In this document: one piece after another, positions 44,001 to 53,665 of the stretch
Numbering within the stretch: the first letter of the stretch is position 1
How the letters are laid out: each line of letters starts with the position of its first letter
NCBI GenBank assembly: GCA_965116925.1
Contig: OZ220744.1
Span: 6,272,001-6,336,000 of the forward strand
Length of the DNA: 64,000 bases
Origin: Candidatus Poribacteria bacterium
GTDB taxonomy: Bacteria; Poribacteria; WGA-4E; PCPOR2b
Direction: 5' to 3'
Program-made: the position numbers and the translations under genes
Notes under the pieces: model-generated
Databases searched by the model: none
Told to the model about the DNA's origin: nothing
The model's input: only the letters and a program-made list of their open reading frames with translations

Positions 44001-44333
44001 ACTATCCAGTTGGAAGACCTCGTTGCGTATGAGATTCCCGCTGAGACGGCGCTGCTTCGCAACTATCCGAACCCGTTCAATCCAGAAACTTGGATTCCGT
44101 ATCATCTCTCAGAAGATGCCGATGTTACATTGCGCATCTACAGTATCAATGGCGAGCTGGTCCGTAGCATTGATGTGGGACATCAAACCGCAGCGAAGTA
44201 CGACACCAGATCCAAGGCCATCTACTGGGATGGTCGGAACCGTTTCGGTGAACAGGTTGCAAGCGGTATCTACTTCTACAGCCTAAGTGCAGGTGACTTC
44301 TCAGCGACCCGTAAAATGGTCATTCTGAAGTAA
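38034..44333 (+). CDS. Giant (about 2100 aa) exported Ig-like repeat protein with a T9SS type-A/FlgD-Ig-like C-terminal domain
   Basis: AGGAGG RBS before ATG 38034; signal peptide ..NAAMA; repeated GSG.A.I.P...(F/L)TYTA.G...V.LTIP..W units; C-terminus NYPNPFNPETWIPY...WDGRN..GE.VASGIYFY...TRKMVILK. Confidence 0.85.
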   Translation: MGNQGMTNWKLTALFAIALMVIAGMFSNAAMAQAGAGTITVTDVAADGTGSIPGGAKNHQISFTYTLPAASRVSLSEGAVQIELPSGWSVVGAAGLSLPEVSVGTARFVGTRKVVVTLPTYTADDTDATTDVEVTISFGVNAPATRGSHDFKISSKRRTGSYKLLTALDPDGIIKVRVGARDTITVESDETGTTGKAFADDEVALTFTYTADSAAATTVKITFPSSWTIPSDFSQTDVTRSGQVLEFASTVTLSAITVTSPKVAGKYEFTTMSKAAGGEFTKLEVQPSIVVGNVASGKGTVEITPANPVIGDTDVVFTVTYTAAGRMVTDDEGQAGLRITFPFNLANDQIASVSGGGAKLVADDATNATVDITIARLNSGGKVVLKTKMIDIPSTAAAIALEPTSAAETDRKSGFGAVAQTSLTPIPDDGSDRTALDYSAGALSNADLGDAKAQITGGLLQPAEGSGTLKAEPAVLEKGRTGQSIKLTYTATRNDPGDSITITLPTGVANIKKATSGTSGVTPTHADGGATIVWPVSNLVRGKTLIANVKMDIPDSTDDLVFSFSTTRGGTPTDAPDSSQAKITIVGKAEDFEFAIVDLSTGNPIDGMFHAASKQEIGFRITAANSTIQEDGFIRITVPSLWSGASTGNRVAQVKISDLTEKAIRDALPARALSASGRTITVKIDDGTTKYSLAKGSSITVQYGVKVDDAKDYRALMPNQAGKMVVTAKVKAYKSYSEHTLDSIEAEITNVMDGSGEATIRPTTVRAGTDDNRIEVKFTAQGSMGGGAVRLTIPSGWGEMQNSDAAALNHVAVRSPVRGVELNADSFVDGVALINLPGGPDDDNPNPNAFRRGSYFTLIYGGAPGNKGAEAQDTIGVADFIIESIGDSNGTFTNLTSDVKRPSGDTKGLGRIYKEAAGKLRIDVKSGADGSGTAKVEIAGTSAGKMRYEGGDEKYQVHAADDVYLKFTYTASQAIKMGQLRLTIPTADGWTSPQDLSTGRMGYTRIDAPSGATELPVMANSTVTVDIVDLAPDEEIVIHYGSMGSGMVMAPRDTGPSQFHIAIKGTEEGSLITLDDPLVINVRSQASGAGTAAIHVTGGDLHAGDTDRELRIVYTAAGQMRGGEVKLTIPKAWSDPEGTVDTGHNLEVTPAGAHEEVVFDADTDGNHTVVAKDVDLAAGGSLTFVYSNVVVPSAESTVVQYQFEVAVFGGEQPFDGEDGTMEIADMTDLVVEVGQAKAGSGMVMVSPTAVDADGDEVTLTFTYTAAGDIFYPRGLMVEVPTSWEEPTSGSGASDEGRYEVKHMRGTTDEGGVIERPPEGRKMVARVTQGKSVKAGDKIMFVYHADPPVSPEVSMFKVYFDGAMVGDPVEVLVQPAGGATQIALKDVANLSADEDPQMPVMVTVELQATDGNPATAETAVEVMLDDGASTGMFSMTADGEYSDTATINIAVGMWSGMAYYKNSTLGPHTITASATGYDSKMTTVMVSTDEPGLTRVTFTVADSDGVVKTGDASNAAMENDMVTVTAMANRDQTATVMIGSLMAQRGNMEESTPGTYTREHPVAAGSAEGSHTITVYIGGEMMSATDMLIVDDTDPTVTVSDIEGPVANGAEVMISATVSDAKMDSSGDPITVSGVSSSSVMANVSMLDNQATEMVRLTDDDGDGTYMGAHTISMENTVANGMHTITVTAMDNAGNSGEGSTTVELENATSFTSTISSGVSLFHVPLNDPRFDTIGQLRAEIGDAKVNSIVAYDAAGRLEPSSDNIAIEGGRGIIVSLNTEATVTFEGEAWGTDGTATVSLEAGDSNLIGLPLMNDDVSMVSDILGLHAAIEGVYPNLTDFVAAAGDTGDGPVAGDAAYYVVASRDADVTVTGSGWSNDPGAGTAPIALSGYTVESQTPVLSVFGSVVDETTGVAKEGFRVKVKNLTTKASVSEVTSVETEDGYSVTLLDLANANAARVGDVLEISADSPNPMIGVEAVRHIVTVDDVKNSTIQLEDLVAYEIPAETALLRNYPNPFNPETWIPYHLSEDADVTLRIYSINGELVRSIDVGHQTAAKYDTRSKAIYWDGRNRFGEQVASGIYFYSLSAGDFSATRKMVILK

Positions 44334-45010
44334 CCTAACAGTATTGCGTCAAGGCAGGATGCCGCTTCTACGGAATAATCTGTAGGAGAAGCATCTTGCC
44401 CGATCGCTAGATATAGCTGTTGGGTGTCTCACACGACCGGGGCATCTAACAGCTATTTTTTGTGTAAAGTAACAAAGCAATCCCTTGTAGGTCGAGATTC
44501 ACATCTCGACACAAACCCGTCGATTTTGGAAAATCGACCTACAATCTGTAGGGAGCACTTTCGTAGGGAACGCAGATCTGCGTTCCCTACGACCATAAAC
44601 CCCTCGTGGATAAATGTAACGCAAACTGTTAGTTTGCGGTTCGAGATCACAATCTAACAGATCGTGGTACAGACATTACCATGAACGTCCCGATCACAAT
44701 CTAACAGATCGTGGTACAGACGGTAGAGAGCGCATCTTCCGAATCACGTTTCATTCCTCAATTCAACGGGAAAAATGGGAATTTTACCAATTACGCCTTA
44801 CGGATTATTCTTTATTAAATGGTTTCATATATTAATGTATCTTGGCACCTTGAAAGAAAAAAAACAGGGGGCGTCCCGCCGCAACCCGGGTCCACACCCA
44901 CGTACCCCAAAACGGACAGAAACCGAGTAGGGGTAGGTCTTGTGCCCACCCAATCAATACTCGGTTTATCTAATTAAATCATATTGATGGGAACCTTCAG
45001 GAGGACAAAT

Positions 45011-48000
45011 ATGAGTAGCAAGAAGTTAGCTTATTTACTTACAGTATTGATTGTCTGCGGATTCATTGCAACCGGCACCGCCCACGGGCAGGCTTTCGGT
45101 ACAGTGATTATTAAGGGAACGGTCACAAATCCGGATGGTACGGCTGCTGCTGGGCTTCGTATAGATGCAGAGCCTCAGGGCATCTTTCAGTCTTCTGTTT
45201 CGCGTGACAATGGTACCTTTACGGTTTCCACTCCGAGGGGTGCCGCCCAGGGGAAGTTAAGTATTGGGGACACAATCACACTCACTGTGAGGAATGTCGA
45301 TAACAATATTGTCGCGACAGAGCGGATTACGATAGCGGCTGCTGATCTTGCAGGAAACACAGTTATCATAGATGTCGCTATTCAGTTGCGCGACTCAGGT
45401 ATTGATATTAGCCTCGATCCCGCTACACCCTACGGCAGTGGCACCAATGAAACAACCGTAACAGTAACAGTTATTGACGAGGGGACCGGTGTCACCGGGG
45501 ATACGGTTACAATTGACTCAGCAGGTACAGGAACTGTGGGCGCGGTAACAGAGGTAGGGAATGGCGTTTACACCGCAACCTATACTACGCCCATCATCCT
45601 TGGGGAAATCCCTGCTTCTCTCACGATCACCGCGCGTTCATCGACAACCAGTCTAGAAGGAAGCTTCAACACCGTAGTTCTACCGCCGCCAACAACGGTT
45701 ATGGTTGAAGTGGCTCCGAGTAGCTTCATGGCGGATACACCCGGCACCACAGGAATCGTCACCGTCACCGTCCGAAAAGCGGTTGCCGTGACAGATGAGA
45801 CCGTTGAACTCACGCTCTCCCCTCAGGTCGGAGAGCTCAGTACGGTAACAAATAACCTTGACGGCACCTACACCGCGATTTATACCTCCGGCGCAATCGC
45901 TGCACCGGCAGTCACCCTCAGGGCGACAGCGACCCGGTCGGGCGCATTCGACGAAGCGACCATCGTTATCAACGCCGGTCCACCCGCTGCAATCGCACTC
46001 AGCGCGAGCCCGATGACAGTCAGCAGCCTCGGCAGTTCCACGGTTACCGCGATGGTCACCGATGCCAGTGGCAACCCTGTGGGTGCCTTGACCTTGACCG
46101 CTACCACAACGGGCGGCGGAACCGTTGGTGATTTCACCCCAGCAGCTTTTGGAACCTACACCGCAACCTACTCCGCACCGATAGTTGATGCCGAAGGAAC
46201 CGAAATGATAACGGTCAGCACCGCTGGCATCTCCGAGACCTTGATGCTGGACCTGACGCCTGAACCGCCGATAGATGTGAGTTCAATCATCATCGAAGGT
46301 ACCGTCTACAAAGAGGATGGCGAGGTCCCTGCCGACGGTGTCGCGGTTACGGTTACAATCGGTTCAAACCCCTCCGATACGGACACAACTGATATGAACG
46401 GGGGTTACTCGTCCGGAGCCGTTGTTCCCGGCGGAGTTGCTGCAACCACCGGCAATATCGTCGCCATTACTGTTGCAAATGCCAACGTGGTTAGCTTGGA
46501 GGTCAACGGTATAACACATAGCGGATCACAGTTTCCATTGGGCAACGACATCCTTGAGAGGGTGCAAGCCGGAGAATTAGTCACGGTGAACGTGACAACC
46601 GATATTTTTATTCCGCCTCGATCAGTGAGTCTCTTGACCGTGCAGGGAACGGTTTTCAAAGAGAGTAGTACAGCCCCTGCCGGAGGCGGCCTTGAGGTTA
46701 CTGTCACAGTCGGTTCACACCCACCCGAGATGGACACAACCGATCCAAGCGGATTTTACTCGGTCGGATTCGTTACTCCCGGCACACCTGTTGCGGAAAC
46801 CGGCGATGCTATCTTAGTTGAAGTGAGGGATGGCTCCGGTGTACGTAGTAAACCGCTACCGCCGAAGGAAGCGACCCTAAGCAATACAGACCTTGAGACA
46901 TACCTCACCGGTGCTGCGATAGTCACACGGAATGTGGACACAAATATAAAAGTCTCCTCAAACCTTCTCGTCGTGGAAGGGACAGTCTACCTCAAAAATG
47001 GGGACACTCCTGTGGCGGCAATGAGCGGTTTGAGAGAGACCGACCTGACCGTCGTTGTGACCAATACCACCCGTGGTAACCTGGAAGAGAGTGTTCCCGT
47101 TAGGGACGATGGTACATACGGTGTTGTCTTCCAAGCCTTAGGCGGTGCCGCCGTCGCTGAAACGGGCGATGAACTCACGGTTGAGGTGCAGAACGAGGCA
47201 GGTAGAGCCGTCGGAAGTGAACCCCACACCCTTACCGGAGCAGAGGTTCAGGCAGCTAAGGCGGAGGTGGATGTTCAGACAGCCGCCCGCGCCGTAGTCA
47301 ATACACTTCATGTCATTGGAGATGTCGTCAACGCTGGTGGCAGCCCCGCTGCCGGCGTTCAAGTCACTATCTCGGTTATAATGGATGGCAATGTTGTGGA
47401 TCAGAGGACCCCCACCACAGATGATTTCGGCGATTATGAGGAATTCTTCCTCAAGTTGGGACCCCCACTGGCAGCCACCGGCGATAGCTTGCTAATTCAG
47501 GCTTTAGATGCCAACCAGTTCCGTGGACAACACGAGGTAATATTGAGCTCCCACCAACTCCTCGATCAGCGGGTAGAGGTTCCGTCAATTGAACTGAGTG
47601 CGCCGTTTTTGAAACTAGGTGGTCTTTCAATCAATCCGCACTATACAGGTATCCAAGATCCGATTATCCAGCAACTGCTCGGTATCGATCTGCCAGGACT
47701 CGCCACCGCTGCGGGTGAACTTGCAGGTGAGACGATAGGGATAAATCCATTGGTAGCACTCCCACCGAGCGCGCTGCTGCTTATCTCACCAATCTTGGCG
47801 GCTATCGGTACGTTCCAGCTTGAGCTGCCACCAGAATTTGACCCAGATAGTGATAAGATCGCTCAGGAGAGTTTCGGTAATTCGATAACCACCAGACCAA
47901 CAGCGTGGGCAGCCCTCCCCGCAGCTGCACGGACCCCCGGTCGATGGGTGAACGGCGATCAGCTGAATCTGTATATCTCAGGTGCGTCGACCATCGACGA

Positions 48001-51000
48001 GGTGACCTTCACACTCAACAACGGTACACAATCTGAACAAGGGCATCGTGTTCTCCCCGGTGAGACTTTTAACTATACCTTCCAACTGGAGGAGGAGTTG
48101 ATTGCACTCTTTGATGGACATGTGGGTGGCTTGGGAGCGGTGCAACTGATGATTGACGGACATCTATCAGCGTACGATATGGTGCGAAGTGACACAGGGG
48201 TATGGTCAGCCGAAGCACCATTGAGCCCCGGTGAGCATGTCTCGTACTACTACATGATTAAGCTTGCCAGACCGTATGTCGATCCACTGGGCGGCTTAAC
48301 CATTACCGAGTTCCCGCTGATCGATCCACGGAACCGACAGGTGAGAACGGATGGACTCAGTCAACTCTTAGAGGCGCTCCTCAGATCAGAGCTCAGTGAG
48401 TTGGCTGGTGTGAGGTCGGTGTTTAAGGTGCCGGAGGTTACTCCCCAACAATCGCTCTGGGTGGCTAGGTTTAATCTTGCTACCAATACCGATGGACCGT
48501 ACACCTTGGATGTTGATGTGGACTATCGCGGTGGATACAGCGAATCAATCACCGCCGATTTCATATTGGATCAGACAGCGCCGACCGCCGATGTTGCGCT
48601 GAATCTCAGCGAACCGGGTATGAACGCCGGTATGTATATGCGGCCAGATGGAACGTACGTTGCAACCGGTCCAGAGCCGGGAGAGGCGAGTCTAACCGTC
48701 TCCATCCCAAGTGCCACCTCAAACGAGCTAGATGGTATGGCAGGTTATCTGTTCCAGTTGGCTAGGTTGGATGCCGCAGGCAATCCCGGAACGTGGAATC
48801 CAGTCGTCACTGCGGATCTACTGCCGTTAGACTTAGACAAACTTCTCAACGATCCCGCCAGCGTGCTACCGTTGACGGGCGGTAGTCCGATCGACATGCT
48901 TATCCGCAACTCGGAGGGCGGTGCGCTGTACGGTAGATATGGACTCCGCGCTGTCGGTATTGATACGCTCCTTAATATGGACTCAGGTAAAGGTCACGAT
49001 GTCACAGTGGAACTCGTGCGACCGGATCCCGATATCCTGGAGGTGACCTCCGTCCACGCAGACTTTAATGGCGATGGTGCCATCGGGGCAGATGAAATGC
49101 AGTCCGCAGCCGGTGATGTCGCCGTCTTTTCAGGCACATCGGCAACGCTCATCGTTGATGTAATAAAGCAGACGCACGGAGTGAAATCAGTCGCCTTTGA
49201 GGTTGAGATACCGGGCGTTGGTTCGCAACAGGTTGACATGTTCAGTGGCGATCAGCTTGCCGCGATGGGCAATCACTTCCCAGTCACGCTGCCTGTACCT
49301 GATATCCCCGCCTTGCCGGATAGGGGCGTTCAAATGATGTTGCGTACCGTTACAACTAATAGACTAAACGTTGTCAACACGCAGGAAGTCTCGCTCATAT
49401 ACCAACGGCGGACACCACCAGAGGTGTCAGCGGTTCACACAACCGTGAAGGATCGTCACCCCGTCAGCGATGCTGCGCAGGGGCTGATCGCCGTCAGTGC
49501 TTTCACACAGGCGATGACCTCGCCGGATGCAGGCGTGGTTCAGTTTGAGTATCGTCGTACCGCAGATGCGGATTGGATACCGCTCCCAGGTGGTATCGTA
49601 CAGATGGCAGATACACAGGTTATCTCTCACGTTCAGATCGCTATCATTGAGGATCTGGTCGATGCAATTATCGATGGCGCACCGACCGCACCGATCTCTC
49701 CGCTCTACCGAGAGTGGTCACACACCTTCGATAGTGCGATGCTTGAGGATACCATCGCGGACGATGGTCCCGATGCGAGTCAAGATGATAATCCTTATGT
49801 GGTCCGAGCCATCGTCCTCGACAAGGATAACGCAAAATATGAATCGGGAGCGACCGATGGCTTCTCTCTTGACAACTACTCTCCCACGGAGATTACCCAA
49901 GTTGCCAATGAGGTTGATATGGTCGCTCCAGGCGAAGACGGCAGCTACCACGTCAGCGGCTTAATCGCTGAAGGTGTACCGGATCCGATGCTAAAGTTGA
50001 CCGCATGGACAGGCGCGCATCCCAACGCCTTTACGGGTGGGATAAAGCTTGCCATCAACGACGCTGCGGGAGAGGCAGTGGCAATTGATGAGACCGCCTT
50101 CAGCCCCGCGGGTAACCATAACTATATGGCAAACTTCAATCTGGGGTCAATCCCGAACGGGATGTACACCTTCATGGCAGTGGGACACACCGCCGATGGT
50201 GCAGTAGAGGAGCGAATTGTCGCTATGGCGATTAACGTTGAGGTGGGCAACTTCACACCACCTGAGAACTTTGCAGATCCGACGGTTGATATCCTCAGTG
50301 TTGTCAACACCCGCGGTGATGCACATAGCCCAAGCGAAATTGATGCTCAGTATGTGACCGGATTCCCGGCGATTGGCGATGAGGTGTGCGTGACGTTAAT
50401 CGTGCCAAATGTCATTGCTGATGATGTCGATGTTCTCATCGGAGATGATGGCATGTCCGCAATGATGATGGGTGCGCTCACGGTCATGGCTCCCGATGCA
50501 AACAACAATATTTCAGTTTGCCTCGATACCTCTGGTCTTGACGAGGGTATGTACGGTCTCGTGGGAATGGTGAACAAGCCAAACGGCTCTGCTGCATTCG
50601 GCTTGCCATCAATCCAAGTTGATAGGTCTGCACCAGTTATTGAGATTGTATCGCCGTTGGAAGGGCATCAGGTGAGTAGCTTGCCAACCGTTCAGGTGGC
50701 ATACAGCGATGCGACCGGTTTCGATCCAGAAAAGCGGGATCCGAGAGCGATTGAGATTACCTTGACCCGTTTGGGAAGCCATAAAGAGGTTGCAACCAAT
50801 CCAGAGATGATTCGTGCGGTTACAGCTACTGGTGAAGTGCTGACCCAGAGTGGTAGCATCAGCTACACACACGACGACCCACTCTCCGGTGGTGCATACC
50901 GCATTGATGTCAGTGTAACCGATACACTCGGTCATACCGGCACCGCAGAATCGGTAGAGTTTACCTCATCGGGTGTGGAAGCAGGCGTGTCAATCCTAAC

Positions 51001-52543
51001 ACCCGCCCCTGGGCAGGTGGTTGACCCCGATCAACCGTTGACCATCTCCGCCGCCCTTTCGGGTAACGGTGAAATCACTATCTCCGAGTTCTCACTTAAG
51101 CGTCCAGGGGCAGCCCAGCTAATCCATATGATCGTTCCTAACGAGAATAACGTGCTGACCCCTAAGCGCGTGCGCGCTTCTGACGCGAATAACATGCTGA
51201 CCTATACGCTCGCTTCTGACGCGAATAACATGCTGACCTATACGCTCGCTTCTGACGATCTTGATAGTATGTTCGACCGTGGTGCGGGTAACACCGTAAC
51301 CATCAAGATTGTTGATGAGGAGGGGAACACCGCCGAAGCGACATCAACCTTTACACTCGCTTTGGATATCACCCCACCGGTGGTTGCCACCTACTCACCG
51401 CTCGGTATCATTCGGACCGATAGGCCCATAGCTGCCGCAACGGTGACCGATGAATCGGGCATTGATACAAGCAGCCTGACAATTATCATCGCAGGAGTGC
51501 CAGGTAACCAAGGCACTGGAAGGCGTTCCAGCCCGACCTCTACGACTGTTACATTTACGCCGAGCATCTCCGTAGACCCAGGTCCCTACACAGCACGGGT
51601 TACGGTTCTAGATGTGCACGGCAACCGAACTGAGGTGGAGTGGCAGTTCACAGTCGAACTGGATGTAACGCCACCGGCGATAACGACCAGTTCACCGCAA
51701 GGCATCATTCGTTCGGATAAGCCGGTTATTGCGGTCTCCGCTAGCGATGATATGTCCGGCGTCGATACCATCGAAATCGGCGTGAAAGGCGAAGGGAATC
51801 AAGCGGTCGAAGGCGTCACCTCTGTCCGTTCTGATAAGACCGCAGCGACCTTTACACCGACCGCGGCATTGACAAGTGGAATATACACCGTTAATGTGAC
51901 AGTGGCGGATGTGGCGGGTAACGAGGCGTCAGCGCAATGGCAATTTACCGTTGAGCTTGACACGATAGCACCGAGTATTTTCGACACGCGCCCGTCGCAG
52001 GAACATACCGAAAATCGGAGGCCCACCATCTCGGCGACCTACACCGATAATATGTCGGGTGTTGACGCTGGATCGGTGAAGCTCACGCTTGATGGTAGCC
52101 CTGTTGAACCGGACGCACTGTCAGATACTCAGGTGGTGTTCACACCCAAGCAGGACCTGACCTTTGATCAGCATACGCTCAGACTCCAAGTTTCCGACAA
52201 CGCAGGGAACATGGCGGAACAGGAGTGGGTCTTCTACGTTGAGCGGATGGGAATTGCCGACGCACGGAACTATCCGAACCCATTTGATCATGAGACCACG
52301 ATTGCCTTTAGGGTTTCGAGGCAGGCGAGCATCTCCGTCCGGATTTATGACTTCACCGGCAGGCTTGTCGCACAACCTATCACAAATAGCGTCTACGAGG
52401 CGGGTCTAGTCGAGATCGATTGGCACGGTGAAACCGATGCGGGGGATCACCTCGCACGAGGGGTGTACTTCTGCCATATCCTCATGGAAAGCGAGCTAGA
52501 ACCTCAATCTGCTATTCTCAAGATGGCAATTATCAGCGAATAG
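45011..52543 (+). CDS. Giant (about 2510 aa) exported invasin/Big-like Ig-repeat protein with a T9SS/FlgD-like C-terminal domain
   Basis: AGGAGG RBS; signal peptide ..TAHG; G.YTA.Y Ig units; D.TPP repeats; C-terminus NYPNPFDHETTI...WHG...LARGVYF. Confidence 0.85.
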   Translation: MSSKKLAYLLTVLIVCGFIATGTAHGQAFGTVIIKGTVTNPDGTAAAGLRIDAEPQGIFQSSVSRDNGTFTVSTPRGAAQGKLSIGDTITLTVRNVDNNIVATERITIAAADLAGNTVIIDVAIQLRDSGIDISLDPATPYGSGTNETTVTVTVIDEGTGVTGDTVTIDSAGTGTVGAVTEVGNGVYTATYTTPIILGEIPASLTITARSSTTSLEGSFNTVVLPPPTTVMVEVAPSSFMADTPGTTGIVTVTVRKAVAVTDETVELTLSPQVGELSTVTNNLDGTYTAIYTSGAIAAPAVTLRATATRSGAFDEATIVINAGPPAAIALSASPMTVSSLGSSTVTAMVTDASGNPVGALTLTATTTGGGTVGDFTPAAFGTYTATYSAPIVDAEGTEMITVSTAGISETLMLDLTPEPPIDVSSIIIEGTVYKEDGEVPADGVAVTVTIGSNPSDTDTTDMNGGYSSGAVVPGGVAATTGNIVAITVANANVVSLEVNGITHSGSQFPLGNDILERVQAGELVTVNVTTDIFIPPRSVSLLTVQGTVFKESSTAPAGGGLEVTVTVGSHPPEMDTTDPSGFYSVGFVTPGTPVAETGDAILVEVRDGSGVRSKPLPPKEATLSNTDLETYLTGAAIVTRNVDTNIKVSSNLLVVEGTVYLKNGDTPVAAMSGLRETDLTVVVTNTTRGNLEESVPVRDDGTYGVVFQALGGAAVAETGDELTVEVQNEAGRAVGSEPHTLTGAEVQAAKAEVDVQTAARAVVNTLHVIGDVVNAGGSPAAGVQVTISVIMDGNVVDQRTPTTDDFGDYEEFFLKLGPPLAATGDSLLIQALDANQFRGQHEVILSSHQLLDQRVEVPSIELSAPFLKLGGLSINPHYTGIQDPIIQQLLGIDLPGLATAAGELAGETIGINPLVALPPSALLLISPILAAIGTFQLELPPEFDPDSDKIAQESFGNSITTRPTAWAALPAAARTPGRWVNGDQLNLYISGASTIDEVTFTLNNGTQSEQGHRVLPGETFNYTFQLEEELIALFDGHVGGLGAVQLMIDGHLSAYDMVRSDTGVWSAEAPLSPGEHVSYYYMIKLARPYVDPLGGLTITEFPLIDPRNRQVRTDGLSQLLEALLRSELSELAGVRSVFKVPEVTPQQSLWVARFNLATNTDGPYTLDVDVDYRGGYSESITADFILDQTAPTADVALNLSEPGMNAGMYMRPDGTYVATGPEPGEASLTVSIPSATSNELDGMAGYLFQLARLDAAGNPGTWNPVVTADLLPLDLDKLLNDPASVLPLTGGSPIDMLIRNSEGGALYGRYGLRAVGIDTLLNMDSGKGHDVTVELVRPDPDILEVTSVHADFNGDGAIGADEMQSAAGDVAVFSGTSATLIVDVIKQTHGVKSVAFEVEIPGVGSQQVDMFSGDQLAAMGNHFPVTLPVPDIPALPDRGVQMMLRTVTTNRLNVVNTQEVSLIYQRRTPPEVSAVHTTVKDRHPVSDAAQGLIAVSAFTQAMTSPDAGVVQFEYRRTADADWIPLPGGIVQMADTQVISHVQIAIIEDLVDAIIDGAPTAPISPLYREWSHTFDSAMLEDTIADDGPDASQDDNPYVVRAIVLDKDNAKYESGATDGFSLDNYSPTEITQVANEVDMVAPGEDGSYHVSGLIAEGVPDPMLKLTAWTGAHPNAFTGGIKLAINDAAGEAVAIDETAFSPAGNHNYMANFNLGSIPNGMYTFMAVGHTADGAVEERIVAMAINVEVGNFTPPENFADPTVDILSVVNTRGDAHSPSEIDAQYVTGFPAIGDEVCVTLIVPNVIADDVDVLIGDDGMSAMMMGALTVMAPDANNNISVCLDTSGLDEGMYGLVGMVNKPNGSAAFGLPSIQVDRSAPVIEIVSPLEGHQVSSLPTVQVAYSDATGFDPEKRDPRAIEITLTRLGSHKEVATNPEMIRAVTATGEVLTQSGSISYTHDDPLSGGAYRIDVSVTDTLGHTGTAESVEFTSSGVEAGVSILTPAPGQVVDPDQPLTISAALSGNGEITISEFSLKRPGAAQLIHMIVPNENNVLTPKRVRASDANNMLTYTLASDANNMLTYTLASDDLDSMFDRGAGNTVTIKIVDEEGNTAEATSTFTLALDITPPVVATYSPLGIIRTDRPIAAATVTDESGIDTSSLTIIIAGVPGNQGTGRRSSPTSTTVTFTPSISVDPGPYTARVTVLDVHGNRTEVEWQFTVELDVTPPAITTSSPQGIIRSDKPVIAVSASDDMSGVDTIEIGVKGEGNQAVEGVTSVRSDKTAATFTPTAALTSGIYTVNVTVADVAGNEASAQWQFTVELDTIAPSIFDTRPSQEHTENRRPTISATYTDNMSGVDAGSVKLTLDGSPVEPDALSDTQVVFTPKQDLTFDQHTLRLQVSDNAGNMAEQEWVFYVERMGIADARNYPNPFDHETTIAFRVSRQASISVRIYDFTGRLVAQPITNSVYEAGLVEIDWHGETDAGDHLARGVYFCHILMESELEPQSAILKMAIISE

Positions 52544-52621
52544 CAACATTCACTATCTCCTCTGACTCGGAATCCAGCCGATTCCGGGTCGGAGGATTTG
52601 CCTTCATAAAGGAGGGAGACA

Positions 52622-53545
52622 ATGTTTCAAATTAAGCATAAAGTACTATTCAGTTCAATTGGGCTTTTTGCCCTGGCAGTTTTGCTTGCACCTGTCTGCT
52701 TCGCCGGCGTGAATGCTGCACCCCATCTTGGGATGGGTAGCGGTGCACGGGCCCTCGGCTTGGGTGGTGCGTTTACCGCTGTCGCTGACGATGCAACTTC
52801 AACAATATGGAATCCCGCCGGGTTACCGGCTGTGGATGACTTAACAGTAACCCTAGCTTCTGCGCCAATGTCGCTTGATAGAAGGCACAGCTTTATCGGC
52901 TTGATAAAAAGAGTTGGCAAAGGCGGGCTGGGACTATCGGCAATCAATGCGGGTGTCGATGATATAGCTGGCTATGACAGTAATGGTCGATCGACCGGTT
53001 CATTTGGCTATAATTCTAATGCCTTTGCCCTATCCTACGGTCATCACCTAGGTGTCGTAGCTCTCGGCGCAAGCGCACGCATGTATATGGATACGATTGA
53101 TGATTCGAGTACAAGCGGTTTCGCCGGTGCCGATATCGGGGTTCTCGGAGGTAACAGCGCCCGGACCTTCAGCTACGGCATCGCGGCTAGGAATCTTGGC
53201 GGTGCAATCGGTGACAACGAGTTGCCCATCATAGTCGCAGGCGGGCTTTCCTATCGTGTGCTGGACAAAAACGTCGCAACCTTCTCTGTCGATGTGCAAC
53301 ACCAGGTCGTTGACCTGCCAGAATCCGCAACCAGTCTTCATCTTGGGACCGAGTACCTGATCGCAAACACCTTTGCAATTCGGGGCGGCAGCAGGCTGAC
53401 CGTCGATCGCACGCAGCTGTTCCTCGGATTTGGTGCTAGCGTCGGCGGACTGCAATTCGATTACGCTTTGAAAGCCGTTGAGAGTGCTGTCTATGATGAC
53501 ATTGCTGGCGGTACGCACTTTGTATCAATCTCTTATAGCTACTAA
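52622..53545 (+). CDS. PorV/PorQ-like outer-membrane beta-barrel
   Basis: GARALGLGGAFTAVADDA..WNPAGL N-terminal motif; aromatic C-terminal beta-strand HFVSISYSY. Confidence 0.8.
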   Translation: MFQIKHKVLFSSIGLFALAVLLAPVCFAGVNAAPHLGMGSGARALGLGGAFTAVADDATSTIWNPAGLPAVDDLTVTLASAPMSLDRRHSFIGLIKRVGKGGLGLSAINAGVDDIAGYDSNGRSTGSFGYNSNAFALSYGHHLGVVALGASARMYMDTIDDSSTSGFAGADIGVLGGNSARTFSYGIAARNLGGAIGDNELPIIVAGGLSYRVLDKNVATFSVDVQHQVVDLPESATSLHLGTEYLIANTFAIRGGSRLTVDRTQLFLGFGASVGGLQFDYALKAVESAVYDDIAGGTHFVSISYSY

Positions 53546-53665
53546 TTCTAACGACACGACCAACCCGGTAGGTGCGGTTTCCAACCGCACCGGTTTGGAA
53601 TGTGTCATTAGTTCTAATATCCACTATAATTCTAACGACCCGATTATACTAAAGGAGCATACCCT

